This document shows, in pieces, positions 1 to 10,422 of a DNA stretch of 64,000 nt. Every line of letters begins with the position of its first letter. Positions within the stretch are counted from its first letter, which is position 1. Location of the stretch: assembly GCA_944332635.1 (NCBI GenBank), contig CALVKI010000010.1, positions 21,579-85,578 of the forward strand. Reading direction: 5' to 3'. The translations under genes were made by a program, and so were the position numbers. The DNA comes from an uncultured Bacilli bacterium. Its GTDB lineage: Bacteria; Bacillota_I; Bacilli_A; RF39; UBA660. Below the pieces are notes generated by a model. The model had not been told where the DNA came from and searched no databases. It saw nothing but the letters and a program-made list of their open reading frames with translations.

Positions 1-534
1 GAAGTAGGAAATAAATTTAGTAAAACATCTTATATTTTTATTTTAATATTTGTAGTATCTCAATTTATTGCAGTATTTAAAGAAACTAATATAGGTGTAA
101 TCATTACAGCTTGGTTAGCAAATCTATTGGAACACTTAGAATTTAGTGGTATCCCATTAATTATTATTACGCTAATAATTATAGCTTTATCAAATTTAGT
201 GTTGACAAGCCCTACAACTAAGTGGATGATATTTTCACCTATTGTAGTTCCTATGTTTATGCAAACAAATATTTCTCCTCAATTTGCACAAGTAGTTATG
301 AGAATAGGAAATTCTATGACCAATGGATTTACTCCAATATTAGCATCCTTTGTAATTTATGTAGGATATTTAAATATATATAATTTAAATAAAAATAAAC
401 CATATACTATTAGAAAATGTCTAAAAATAATTACACCATATTTCTTAATTATATTTGCTACTTGGATTTTAATAGTGATAGGATGGTATATTACTGGATT
501 ACCACTCGGACCAGGAGTATTTCCAACATTATAA
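1..534 (+). CDS. AbgT-family transporter-like membrane protein, C-terminal portion (5' end outside window)
   Basis: Frame 1 is open from nt 1 to the stop at 534. The product is hydrophobic and TM-rich. The motif RIGNSMTNGFTPILASF resembles the AbgT/MtrF C-terminal region. Confidence 0.5.
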   Translation, partial: EVGNKFSKTSYIFILIFVVSQFIAVFKETNIGVIITAWLANLLEHLEFSGIPLIIITLIIIALSNLVLTSPTTKWMIFSPIVVPMFMQTNISPQFAQVVMRIGNSMTNGFTPILASFVIYVGYLNIYNLNKNKPYTIRKCLKIITPYFLIIFATWILIVIGWYITGLPLGPGVFPTL

Positions 535-704
535 ACACCAAAGGTGTTTTTTTTATAAATAAATAACATATAATAGCTTATTATGATATTAGAAGATAAT
601 TAAATGGCGTTAATCTTAATTATATATATAGGGCAAAATTTAAATCTCAAATTAGCAAAAAATCAATTTGATGTGATATAATAAAAAAAGAAAAGAGGTA
701 TATT

Positions 705-1805
705 ATGAGTTTAACAGCAGGAATTGTAGGATTGCCTAATGTAGGTAAATCAACACTTTTTAATGCAATTACAAATCAAAAAATATTAGCAGAAAATTAT
801 CCCTTTGCAACTATAGAGCCAAATGTAGGGGTAGTAACAGTGCCAGATGAGAGAATGGAAAAATTAAAAGAAATGTATGAACCTAATAGATTCATACCAA
901 CAGCATATGAATTTACAGATATTGCTGGTCTTGTAAAAGGTGCATCGCAGGGAGAAGGTTTAGGAAACAAGTTTTTATCACATATTAGAGAGGTAGATGC
1001 TATAGTAGAAGTTGTGAGATGCTTTGAAGATGGAAAAATTATTCATGTAGATGGAAATATTAACCCAGTAAGAGATATAGAAACTATTAATTTAGAGCTT
1101 GCAATTGCAGATTTAGATGTAATTAACAATAGATTAGAACGAGTATCCAAGAAAGCACGTACAACTAAAAATAAAAACGATTTAACAGAATTAGAGGCTT
1201 TAAAAAAAGCAAAGATTGCTTTAGAACAAAATAAAGCCTTAAGGCAAGTAAGATTTACAGAAGATGAGTTAAAATCACTAAAATCATATAGTTTTTTAAC
1301 ACTAAAACCAATTATATATCTAGCAAATATTAAAGAAAGTGAATTAGGAAATCCTGATAATGAGTATGTAAAAGAAGTAAAAAAATATGCAACAAACGAA
1401 AATGCAAAAGTGGTAAGTTTATGCGCAAAGGTAGAAGAAGATTTAAGCGAATTAACTAAAGAAGAAAAAGAAGAAATGTTAGAAGCATTAGGACTAGAAG
1501 GTTCAGGAATAGATAATTTAATTAAAGCAACTTATGATATTTTAGGACTAGCAACTTACTTTACTGTTGGAAAAGATGAAGTTAGAGCTTGGACATTTAA
1601 AAAAGGAATGAATGCAAAACAGTGTGCAGGAATTATTCATACGGATTTTGAAAAAGGATTTATACGTGCCGAAGTAATATCATATAATGATTTAATGAAA
1701 TATGGGAATGAATTAAAAGTCAAGGAAGCAGGACGTGCTAGACTTGAAGGAAAAGAATACATTATGGAAGATGGAGATATTTGTCACTTTAGATTTAACG
1801 TCTAA
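705..1805 (+). CDS. ychF: Ribosome-binding ATPase YchF (Obg-like GTPase family)
   Basis: 366 aa with a G1 P-loop GLPNVGKSTLFNA, a C-terminal TGS domain and an RBS GAGG upstream. Confidence 0.9.
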   Translation: MSLTAGIVGLPNVGKSTLFNAITNQKILAENYPFATIEPNVGVVTVPDERMEKLKEMYEPNRFIPTAYEFTDIAGLVKGASQGEGLGNKFLSHIREVDAIVEVVRCFEDGKIIHVDGNINPVRDIETINLELAIADLDVINNRLERVSKKARTTKNKNDLTELEALKKAKIALEQNKALRQVRFTEDELKSLKSYSFLTLKPIIYLANIKESELGNPDNEYVKEVKKYATNENAKVVSLCAKVEEDLSELTKEEKEEMLEALGLEGSGIDNLIKATYDILGLATYFTVGKDEVRAWTFKKGMNAKQCAGIIHTDFEKGFIRAEVISYNDLMKYGNELKVKEAGRARLEGKEYIMEDGDICHFRFNV

Positions 1806-1825
1806 TATTGTGAGGCGAACTTATT

Positions 1826-2620
1826 ATGAATAAATATAGACTAATAATATTTGAAAGTAATAAAAAAGATGGATGTATGAGTTTAGCAAAAAAATTTTAT
1901 CCAAAAGGAACTACTGAAGATGAAATAAAATTAAAATTATCAGAAATAAAAAATAAAATAGGAAAAAAATATCATTTTGATGGTAAACATATTATTCAAC
2001 CATGTCAAAAAGATGTGGAATTGAATGTTGATTACCCAGATGGTGCATATACTAAAATATCACAAAAAAAATTAACACAAAAAGATTATTGGTATGAAAA
2101 ATTCCCTTGTGATATTCTTTTAATTGATACCAAATGTCCTAATATTGTAATAGGACATAGAATGGCTGATTGCCCTGTCATAATTGCAGAAGATATAAAA
2201 AATCAAGTAGTAGCAGTTTCACATTGTGGTGCAAAACAAATAAATAGAGAAGTTCCAAAATGGACTATAAAAGCCTTAAAAAAAGAAGTAAATAGTGATT
2301 CTAAAAATATAAAAATATATATAGGAAGTTGTATAAAAAGAAAAAATTATCAATATAACCAATATCCCAAATGGGCTACTAATAAAAAAGTATGGAAAGA
2401 AAGCATCACTAAAGAAGGAAATATTTATTATATAGACTTAGTATCTTCAATAAAAAGTCAATTAATAGAAGAAGGGATAAAGGAAGAAAACATAAAAGAA
2501 AGTCCTATAGATACATACAGTAATAAAAATTATTACTCACATACAAAAGAAATAAGAGATAACGAAAAAGACATAGGGCAAAATTTTGTTGGTTGCTTTT
2601 ATCAAGAAATAAGTGAATAA
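1826..2620 (+). CDS. YfiH/PgeF (LACC1) family laccase-domain protein, divergent
   Basis: Contains the motif HRMADCPVII...AVSHCGAKQ, matching the Cys/His pattern of the PgeF family, in a 264-aa protein. Confidence 0.5.
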   Translation: MNKYRLIIFESNKKDGCMSLAKKFYPKGTTEDEIKLKLSEIKNKIGKKYHFDGKHIIQPCQKDVELNVDYPDGAYTKISQKKLTQKDYWYEKFPCDILLIDTKCPNIVIGHRMADCPVIIAEDIKNQVVAVSHCGAKQINREVPKWTIKALKKEVNSDSKNIKIYIGSCIKRKNYQYNQYPKWATNKKVWKESITKEGNIYYIDLVSSIKSQLIEEGIKEENIKESPIDTYSNKNYYSHTKEIRDNEKDIGQNFVGCFYQEISE

Positions 2621-2709
2621 TTCAATTATTCACTTATTTCATTTTTTTTACACAATAAATTCACTAATTTGACACATATATTTTATAAACTGTATTAAAG
2701 GAGAAATTT

Positions 2710-3686
2710 ATGAAGAGAATTGTATATTTCGACAACATAAAAGGCATTTTAATATTATTTATTATTTTAGCTCATGTACTAAGTCTTTGCTCAAAATATT
2801 ATAACTACAATGATGACTTTTTTAAATTTGCTTCCTTATTTATGCTTCAATGTTTCTTTTTTATATCCGCCTATTTTTCATCTAAAAATAAAGAAAAAAA
2901 TGTAAAAGAATAATAAATTTATTAAAAACTTATCTCTTATGGCAAACTATTATTACCATTTATTATGCATATATTTTACGAATAATAGATTTTAGCTTTA
3001 ACTATTTTATACCAAGATATACATTATGGTTTCTTATTACTATGACTTTATATAATATATTTGAATTTATCTTAGAAAGAGCTGATTATAAAACAATGAT
3101 ACCACTTTCTATTGTAATAGGAATATTAGTGGGATTTATCCCTTGGATAGGTTCTGAACTATCTTTATCCAGAACTTTTGTGTTTTTTCCATTTTATGTT
3201 ATTGGTTATTATGCAAAAGAATTAAACATATTACCAAGAATAAATACAAAAAAGGTAAGACATATTACAATTATTGTATCCATATTAATTTTGATATTAA
3301 TTTTAAACTATAATGATATTTTATCAATTAAAATACTGAAAGGAAAATATAGTTATTATGATATTGGAAATATAAAACCGATTATAGCATGTATAGAACG
3401 TATATTATTTTATATGTTCAGTATTATTGTAAGTATAAGTTTTTTAAATCTAGTTCCTAGAAAAGAAGGAATATTAACTATATTAGGTAGAAATACATTA
3501 TATATATATCTAACACAGGGAATGATTTTAAAAACATTTATAACAGAAAAAATATTGTTTAATAATAAAGTTATTGGAACATTATTTTTATTTATATGTG
3601 CAATTATTATGACGATAATATTAACAAAAATGATAAAAGAGATAAAGAAAGGTAAAATTTATAGATTGGAGGAAGTAAATGGATAA
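2710..3686 (+). pseudogene. Acyltransferase-3 (OatA-like) family membrane protein, split by a -1 frameshift in an A7 tract (2894-2900)
   Basis: The N-terminal ORF (2710-2913) starts MKRIVYFDNIKGILILFIILAHV and has an FFFISAYF motif typical of acyltransferase_3. A different frame is open from 2892 and continues through 3686 as a multi-TM protein. A8 instead of A7 would restore a roughly 325-aa protein. Confidence 0.7.
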
Positions 3687-4926
3687 AAAATTTCGAGAAT
3701 TCAAAAAACAATTAAACAGAATATATACCAATAATAAAATTTATCATAAAAAAATGCAGGAAAAACATCTAATGCCTAATGATATTACTGACTGGAATGA
3801 TATAAAAAAATTACCTTTAACAACAAAAGAAGATTTACTTAAAGATTATCCTAATGGATGGAACTGTGTTGATGAAGAAAAAATTAAAATATATCATGCA
3901 TCTAGTGGAACAACTGGCAAACCATTAATTGTAGGATTAACAGAAAAAGATATATTATTACGTGAAGATACAATTATAACAAATGCTATGTTTGCAGGAA
4001 TTACAAAAAACGATATCGTTCAAATATGTTATGGTTTTGGAATGTTTACAGGAGGATTTAGCTTTTATGATGGATTAAAAAAATTGGGATGTAAAATAAT
4101 TCCAACAGGAACATTATCAACGCAAATGCAATTATTTTATATGAAAAAATTAAATCCAACGGTATTAATAACAAGTCCATCTCATGCTATGCATTTATAT
4201 GAAAAAGCAAGACAATTAGAAATCGACATAAAAAAAATACCATTAAGAATCATACGTGTAGGAAGTGAATTATTAACAGAAACAATGAGAAAGAAAATAA
4301 AAAAAGCGTGGGGTGAAAGGGTAAGTGTAACACAGGACTATGGTATGACAGAAACACTAGGTCCAGGACTAGGAATGGAATGTCAACATGAAAATGGAAT
4401 GCATTTAAATGATAGTTATTATTTTGAATTAATAGATCCTATAACTAAAAAGCCAACTACTAGCAATGTAGGAGAATTAGTAGTAACAACAATTTATAAT
4501 GAATGTTTTGGCTTGATTCGTTATAAGACAAATGATTTGGTTGAAATAAGTACAGAAAAATGTAGTTGTGGAAAGGAAAGTCCTAGAATAATTAAATTTA
4601 TAGGAAGAACGGATGATATGTTGAAAGTAAAGGGTGTAAAAGTGTTTGTAAGTCAAATAGAAGATTTTCTTTTTACCTACCCTTATTTTTCTCATCAATA
4701 TGAAATTGTTCTTTCAAATGAAAACTACAAAGATATTTTAACTATAAATATAGAAACCAAAGAAGAAGTGATTGCTGAAGTAAATAACAATAAAAAATTA
4801 GTAGAACAAGAATTTAAAAACAAATTTGGCATTACAAGTGAAATTAATATATTAGAAAGTAATACATTATCAACAAAATTGGGAAAAGTAAAAAGAGTAA
4901 AAGATTTGCGTGGAGTAAAAATATAA
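3679..4926 (+). CDS. PaaK-like adenylate-forming enzyme (phenylacetate-CoA ligase / CapK family)
   Basis: Has the AMP-binding motif YHASSGTTGKPLIV, is 415 aa, and overlaps the upstream acyltransferase by 8 nt, suggesting an operon. Confidence 0.75.
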   Translation: MDKKFREFKKQLNRIYTNNKIYHKKMQEKHLMPNDITDWNDIKKLPLTTKEDLLKDYPNGWNCVDEEKIKIYHASSGTTGKPLIVGLTEKDILLREDTIITNAMFAGITKNDIVQICYGFGMFTGGFSFYDGLKKLGCKIIPTGTLSTQMQLFYMKKLNPTVLITSPSHAMHLYEKARQLEIDIKKIPLRIIRVGSELLTETMRKKIKKAWGERVSVTQDYGMTETLGPGLGMECQHENGMHLNDSYYFELIDPITKKPTTSNVGELVVTTIYNECFGLIRYKTNDLVEISTEKCSCGKESPRIIKFIGRTDDMLKVKGVKVFVSQIEDFLFTYPYFSHQYEIVLSNENYKDILTINIETKEEVIAEVNNNKKLVEQEFKNKFGITSEINILESNTLSTKLGKVKRVKDLRGVKI

Positions 4927-5028
4927 AATAATGCTAGACAAAGAAATAAATAGTTGCTATAATACTAACGAGTATTTTAAATACTCCTTGCTACTATGTA
5001 GCCAATAGTCCAAAAGGAGGTGTTAGAA

Positions 5029-5316
5029 ATGAGAAAGTATGAAATTATGTTCATCGTAAGACCAGATATGGAAGAAACTGAAATTAATAAAACAGCAGAA
5101 AATTTAAAAAAGGTTTTAGAAGATGGAAAATCAAAAATGTTAGAAGAAAAGGCAATGGGTCCTAGAGAATTGGCATATGAAATAAAAAAATTCAAAACAG
5201 GATATTATTACTTATTCGTAGTAGAGGCAACTCCAGAAGCAGTTGCTGAATTCGACCGTGTTGTAAGAATTAATGAAAATTTACTTCGTCACTTAATTGT
5301 AAAAGTAGAAGACTAA
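5029..5316 (+). CDS. rpsF: 30S ribosomal protein S6
   Basis: The sequence MRKYEIMFIVRPD is typical of S6. An RBS AAGGAGG lies 9 nt upstream of the ATG at 5029. The ORF-track start at 5020 is a GTG inside the RBS spacer. Confidence 0.9.
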   Translation: MRKYEIMFIVRPDMEETEINKTAENLKKVLEDGKSKMLEEKAMGPRELAYEIKKFKTGYYYLFVVEATPEAVAEFDRVVRINENLLRHLIVKVED

Positions 5317-5330
5317 AAAAGAGGTAGAAT

Positions 5331-5822
5331 ATGAATAAAGTATTTTTAATAGGAAGATTAACTAGAGACCCAGAATTAAGATATACAGGAAGCAATACTG
5401 CTGTTGCCACATTTTCCTTAGCAGTAAATAGAAATTTTAGCAATGCAAATGGAGAAAGAGAAGCTGATTTTATAAATATTGTTGTTTGGAGAAAACAAGC
5501 TGAAAATGTAAAAAACTACTTATCTCAAGGAAGCCAAGTGGCAATTGATGGACGCATTCAAACAAGAAGTTATGACGACCAAAACGGTCAAAAAAGATAT
5601 GTAACTGAAGTTGTAGCAGATAATGTTGAATTCTTAAGTTCCAAAGGGTCATCTAATAATGTAAATGCAAGTAGCAACGCACAATATTCATCAAACAATG
5701 CAGGGCCTACACCATACGATTTTGGTTCTGATAATGAGCCAAAAGGAACAGATGTAGATAGCAATCCTTTTGTTGATTTCGGATCTAGTATCGAAATAAG
5801 TGATGATGAATTACCATTCTAA
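5331..5822 (+). CDS. ssb: Single-stranded DNA-binding protein
   Basis: Has an OB-fold N-terminus, a Gly/Asn/Ser-rich linker and the acidic tail DDELPF. Confidence 0.9.
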   Translation: MNKVFLIGRLTRDPELRYTGSNTAVATFSLAVNRNFSNANGEREADFINIVVWRKQAENVKNYLSQGSQVAIDGRIQTRSYDDQNGQKRYVTEVVADNVEFLSSKGSSNNVNASSNAQYSSNNAGPTPYDFGSDNEPKGTDVDSNPFVDFGSSIEISDDELPF

Positions 5823-5838
5823 AAAAGGAGGAAATAAA

Positions 5839-6054
5839 ATGGCAGAATTTGGACGTAAAAAGAAAAAAGTATGTATGATGTGTACTGGTGCAACAGTTGA
5901 CTATAAAAATCCAGAAACATTAAAAAGATATATAAATGAAAAAGGAAAAATTGTTTCAAGAAGAATAACTGGTAATTGTGCTGAACATCAAAGACATATT
6001 TCACAACAAATAAAAAGAGCAAGAGCAATCGCTTTGATGCCTTATACAAGATAA
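5839..6054 (+). CDS. rpsR: 30S ribosomal protein S18
   Basis: Begins [17 protein letters not shown]. An RBS AAGGAGG precedes the ATG at 5839. Confidence 0.9.
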   Translation: MAEFGRKKKKVCMMCTGATVDYKNPETLKRYINEKGKIVSRRITGNCAEHQRHISQQIKRARAIALMPYTR

Positions 6055-6060
6055 TTAATT

Positions 6061-6085
6061 GAGTTCTTTTAAGAACTCTTTTTTC
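6061..6085 (+). terminator. Rho-independent terminator of rpsF-ssb-rpsR
   Basis: Stem GAGTTCTT / AAGAACTC with a 2-nt loop, followed by TTTTTT. Confidence 0.7.
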
Positions 6086-6142
6086 ATTTTACAAACACAT
6101 GAAAGTATTATATAATAAGAAAGAGAAATACAGGAGGAAACG

Positions 6143-7132
6143 ATGAAGATTATAGAGCAGAGAAAACAGTTAAATAAACGTATAAAAAAAGCAAAGATTA
6201 TCTTCCTAATGGCTCATAAAGATTTAGATTTAGATGCATTAGGCAGTTGTATTGGTTTAAGCCTAATCTTAAAGCAAAGAAAAAAAACTTGTTATATAAT
6301 TGTAGACGATAAAACTCATGAATTGGGTGTTGAAAAAATATTAAAAGAATTAGATGGCTGTATTCCAATTATTCACGGAGAAGAATTAGACAAATATCTT
6401 TATCCCAATAACAAGAAAAATCTTTTGATTATATTAGACACAAATAAAGTAGAATTATTACAGAATAAAGATATACTAAAAAAAATAGATGAAAAAATTA
6501 TAATTGATCATCATGACATAGGAAAATCTACTGTCAAGGATGCATTGATAATCCATGATTCTGAAGTGTCTAGCACTTGTGAGATGATTACAGAATTAAC
6601 AGAATTTTACGATGTAGAATTAGATCCATATTATGCTACTGTATTATTATCTGGAATTGTATTAGATACTAACAACTTTACTTTAAAGACAAGTGCTGAA
6701 ACATATTATGCAGCATATTATTTAGCTAATTTAGGTGCTAGTGCTAAAAAAGTTCAATATTTATTAAAACAAGATGTAGAAGAGTATACTGAACGTCAAA
6801 AGTTGTTAACTGATATTGAAACAATTAATAAAAAAATTGCTTTTACAAAAGCTAGTCCATATACAATATATAGAAGAGAAGATTTGGCTAAAGTTGCTGA
6901 TACATTACTTTTCTTTAATAATATTGAAGCTTCATTTGTCATTGGAAAAGTTGGAAAAGATACAATTGGAGTAAGCGCAAGAAGTCTAGGAAACTTTAAT
7001 ATAACTAAAATTCTAGAATCCTTAGGTGGAGGCGGAGATGATTATAACGGAGCTGCTAGAATTGAAAAAACAACAATCAGTAAAGTAGAACAAGAATTAA
7101 AGAAAGCTATTGCGAAAGAAGAAGGTGAATAA
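6143..7132 (+). CDS. DHH/DHHA1 family phosphoesterase (short GdpP/NrnA-like)
   Basis: Has the DHH motif IIIDHHD and the DHHA1 motif GGGGDDYNGAARIE. It sits between rpsR and rplI, where Bacillus carries gdpP. Confidence 0.7.
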   Translation: MKIIEQRKQLNKRIKKAKIIFLMAHKDLDLDALGSCIGLSLILKQRKKTCYIIVDDKTHELGVEKILKELDGCIPIIHGEELDKYLYPNNKKNLLIILDTNKVELLQNKDILKKIDEKIIIDHHDIGKSTVKDALIIHDSEVSSTCEMITELTEFYDVELDPYYATVLLSGIVLDTNNFTLKTSAETYYAAYYLANLGASAKKVQYLLKQDVEEYTERQKLLTDIETINKKIAFTKASPYTIYRREDLAKVADTLLFFNNIEASFVIGKVGKDTIGVSARSLGNFNITKILESLGGGGDDYNGAARIEKTTISKVEQELKKAIAKEEGE

Positions 7133-7133
7133 A

Positions 7134-7574
7134 ATGGAAGTAATTTTTATTAAAGACTTAAAAAATCAAGGTAAAAAAGGACAAATAAAAAAGGTAAAAG
7201 ATGGTTATGCTGAAAATTTTTTAATTAAAAATGGTTATGCAGTCATTAAAAATAAAGAAAATATGGCGAAATTAGAAAAAGAAAAAAAAGCAAAAGCTGC
7301 CACAGATGCTAAAAATAAAAAAGAAGCAGAAGAATTAAAAAAAGAATTAGATAAATTAATATTAGAATTTAAAGTAAAAACAGGAGAAGGAGACAAGGTG
7401 TTTGGCAGTGTCAGTATCAAACAAGTAAGAGATGAATTAACAAAATATGGCTATAAAATAGAAAAAAGTCAAATAGAATTGACAACAGCGATGGCAAGTC
7501 TTGGATTCCATCATATAGATATTAATCTATATCCAGGCGTAAAAGCAACTATAAAAGCACATATCATAAAATAG
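7134..7574 (+). CDS. rplI: 50S ribosomal protein L9
   Basis: Begins MEVIFIKDLKNQGKKGQIKKVKDGYAENFLI. The ATG at 7134 has an RBS GAAGGTGA upstream. Confidence 0.9.
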   Translation: MEVIFIKDLKNQGKKGQIKKVKDGYAENFLIKNGYAVIKNKENMAKLEKEKKAKAATDAKNKKEAEELKKELDKLILEFKVKTGEGDKVFGSVSIKQVRDELTKYGYKIEKSQIELTTAMASLGFHHIDINLYPGVKATIKAHIIK

Positions 7575-7584
7575 AGGTGAAATA

Positions 7585-8934
7585 ATGCCAATAAAAACGT
7601 TACCAAATAACATCGAAGCAGAGGAATCTGTTTTAGGTGCATGCTTTTTATCAAAATATGCATTACAAAAAGCCTGTGAAAACTTATCTCCAGACTCTTT
7701 TTATGATGAAAAAAATGGTAAGATATTTGCTGCGATGAATGCTTTAGTAGAAGAAAAAACTCCAATTGACATCACAACGGTGACTGGATATTTGAAAAAA
7801 AATAATCAATTAACTGAAATTGGAGGAGTAGAATATTTAACAGAAGTATTAAACTTTGTTCCTACAGCAAGTAATATAGATTACTATATAAAAAATGTAG
7901 AAGATGCTTCTATTTTAAGAAAATTAATTGAAACAGCAACAGATATTGCATCAGAAGGATATCGAACAGATGAGACGGTAAATGAGATTTTAGATAATTC
8001 AGAGAAAAAGATTTTAAATATTGTAAAAAATAGAAAATCAAGCGAATTTAGATCAATAAAAGATATATTACAAAAAACTCAATTAGATTTAGAAAGATTA
8101 TCAGAGCATAAAGGAGAAGTAACAGGTCTTGCTACTGGATGGTATGATATAGATAAATTAACAACAGGATTGCATCCAAATGAACTAATTATAATAGCAG
8201 CAAGGCCTGCCATGGGAAAAACTGTTTTTGCTCTAAATCTAGCTACTCACGCAGCTATGACACAAGATAAGTCAGTAGCACTATTTAACTTAGAAATGAG
8301 TGCAGAGCAATTAGCGATGCGTATTATTTCTTCTTTAGGTCAAGTGGATGGCTTTAAACTACGTACAGGAAATTTAATGAATACAGACTGGAAAAGAATA
8401 AATGAAGCGATATCACAATTATCTAATACTAATTTGGTGATGGATGATACACCAGGTATCACAATTGGAGAAATTAGAGCCAAGTGTCGAAGATTAGCAT
8501 CCAGTGAAAAAGGATTATCTTTAGTAGTAATCGATTACTTACAATTAATATCTGGTGGTAAAAATTATGGTGCTAACAGACAGCAAGAAGTATCAGATAT
8601 ATCTAGAAGTCTAAAAACATTGGCCATGGAGCTACAAGTACCAGTAATAGCTTTATCACAATTATCTCGTAGTGTAGAGGCTCGTGAAGATAAAAGACCA
8701 ATTATGAGTGATTTACGTGAGTCTGGATCTATTGAACAAGATGCTGACATTGTTGCATTTTTATATAGAGATGATTATTACAAAAAAGAAGCAAGAAATG
8801 AAGATAATACAAGTATAGTAGAATTAATCATAGGAAAACATCGTAATGGTCCAACTGCAACGGTGGAATTACTATTTAAAAAAGATACTTCTACTATGCT
8901 TAATTTAAGCAAAGGAAATAGGGGTGAAGAATAA
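7585..8934 (+). CDS. dnaB: Replicative DNA helicase DnaB
   Basis: 449 aa with a Walker A motif AARPAMGKT and RecA-like fold motifs. Confidence 0.9.
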   Translation: MPIKTLPNNIEAEESVLGACFLSKYALQKACENLSPDSFYDEKNGKIFAAMNALVEEKTPIDITTVTGYLKKNNQLTEIGGVEYLTEVLNFVPTASNIDYYIKNVEDASILRKLIETATDIASEGYRTDETVNEILDNSEKKILNIVKNRKSSEFRSIKDILQKTQLDLERLSEHKGEVTGLATGWYDIDKLTTGLHPNELIIIAARPAMGKTVFALNLATHAAMTQDKSVALFNLEMSAEQLAMRIISSLGQVDGFKLRTGNLMNTDWKRINEAISQLSNTNLVMDDTPGITIGEIRAKCRRLASSEKGLSLVVIDYLQLISGGKNYGANRQQEVSDISRSLKTLAMELQVPVIALSQLSRSVEAREDKRPIMSDLRESGSIEQDADIVAFLYRDDYYKKEARNEDNTSIVELIIGKHRNGPTATVELLFKKDTSTMLNLSKGNRGEE

Positions 8935-10421
8935 TGAATAAGAAAATATCTAGAATATTAATAGTACTAATTTTAGCCATTACTCTTCCATTATTATCAG
9001 CTTATACCAACGTAACACCCAAAAGCTTATATCGTGTCTATTTACATGGTAAATCAATTGGATTAATAGAATCTAAAAAAGAATTAGAAAACTATATTGA
9101 TAAAAAGCAAAAACAGATAAAAGAAGAATTTGGTGTAAATAAAGTATATTTACCAGAGGATTTAGATATAGAAAAAGAGATAACTTTTGATAACAATATT
9201 TTATCAGTAAGAGAAGTTTATAATAAAATTAAAGATATCTCTCCGTTTACTATAAAAGGCTATGCTATAACAATTGGAGCAGTAGATTCTCAAGCAGTAG
9301 ATGGAACAGAAGTAAAAGGAAAAAAACAAACTATTTATGTGTTAGATAAAAAAATTTTTAAAGAATCAATAGATAATATAGTACATTCTTTCATATCAGA
9401 AACAGATTATGAAAATTATGCGAACGATACCCAAGAAGAAATAAAAGATACTGGAAAAAGAGTGGATGAAATATATATAGAAAATAAAATAACAATCAGT
9501 AAGAAAAATATTCCTGTTGATAAAACTATTTACCAAGATACAAATTCATTGAGTCGTTATTTAATGTTTGGTACGACAAAAGATCAACAAAAATATACAG
9601 TACAAGCAGGCGATACAATAGAACAAATAGCCTTTAGTAACAAAATATCAACTGAAGAATTTTTAATTGCTAATCCAGAATTTAGTAGTGCAAATACATT
9701 GTTATATGTTGGACAGACAGTAACATTAGGAATATTAAAACCACAAATTAGTGTTGTAGAAATTGATCATGTTGTTTTGGATGAAGAAACCAACTATCAA
9801 ACGGAAACACAATATGATAATAATAAAGAAGTTGGTTATAGTGAAATAATTCAATCAGGTGTAAAAGGAATTACTAGAAAAACTCAAAAGGTTAAGAAAA
9901 TAAATGGAGCAACTGTATCGGTAACACCAGTAGGTAATGGAGAAGTATTGAAAGAACCAGTCAATGAAATTGTAGTAAAAGGTGGTAAAAAGTCAAGTTA
10001 TTCTGGTTATGGTACAGTAGTAGCAACACCAGGAGAATGGGGATGGCCTGCTACATGTTCTTCTGTATCAAGTCCATTTGGATATAGGTGGGGAACTTTA
10101 CATGATGCCATTGATATAGCTGGATGTGGTTATGGATCAAATATATTTGCAGCAAAAGATGGTATTGTAGTTCAATCTTCATATAAATACGATAATGGAG
10201 AGTTTGTAACAATTGATCATGGAAATGGTTATTATTCACTATATGCACATATGGTATCTGGCTCAAGAAAAGTTAAAGTAGGTGACTATGTAGTAAAGGG
10301 ACAAATTATAGGAAGTATGGGAATGACTGGAGCAGCAACAGGAGTACATGTACACTTTGCTATCTGGCGAGGTTATCCATATCGTGGTGGAACACCTTTA
10401 AATCCATTAGCATTCTACTAA
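8934..10421 (+). CDS. Secreted M23 (LytM) peptidase with LysM and G5 domains
   Basis: Has a signal peptide or TM anchor, a LysM segment YTVQAGDTIEQIA and a G5-like block. The C-terminal LytM motifs are HDAIDIAG and GVHVHFAI. Confidence 0.8.
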   Translation: MNKKISRILIVLILAITLPLLSAYTNVTPKSLYRVYLHGKSIGLIESKKELENYIDKKQKQIKEEFGVNKVYLPEDLDIEKEITFDNNILSVREVYNKIKDISPFTIKGYAITIGAVDSQAVDGTEVKGKKQTIYVLDKKIFKESIDNIVHSFISETDYENYANDTQEEIKDTGKRVDEIYIENKITISKKNIPVDKTIYQDTNSLSRYLMFGTTKDQQKYTVQAGDTIEQIAFSNKISTEEFLIANPEFSSANTLLYVGQTVTLGILKPQISVVEIDHVVLDEETNYQTETQYDNNKEVGYSEIIQSGVKGITRKTQKVKKINGATVSVTPVGNGEVLKEPVNEIVVKGGKKSSYSGYGTVVATPGEWGWPATCSSVSSPFGYRWGTLHDAIDIAGCGYGSNIFAAKDGIVVQSSYKYDNGEFVTIDHGNGYYSLYAHMVSGSRKVKVGDYVVKGQIIGSMGMTGAATGVHVHFAIWRGYPYRGGTPLNPLAFY

Positions 10422-10422
10422 A

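Noticed and set aside
357-569. 70-aa minus-strand ORF overlapping the AbgT-like gene, and similar antisense ORFs at 4477-4698, 5470-5652, 5819-6049, 7235-7420, 8565-8750, 12408-12590, 19600-19803, 27380-27586, 31728-32111, 53049-53282, 56874-58409 and elsewhere
   Set aside because: All lie entirely inside well-supported genes on the opposite strand or in an alternate frame. They lack an RBS and have low-complexity AT-driven composition, so they are shadow ORFs.
5800-5838. Upstream in-frame ATGs proposed by the ORF track for rpsR (and the GTG at 5020 for rpsF, ATG at 7110 for rplI, 30303 for rpiB, 31720 for mreB, 45851 for ftsE)
   Set aside because: The extended N-termini overlap the preceding genes or sit upstream of clear Shine-Dalgarno sequences. 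Downstream ATGs with proper RBS spacing give canonical protein N-termini.
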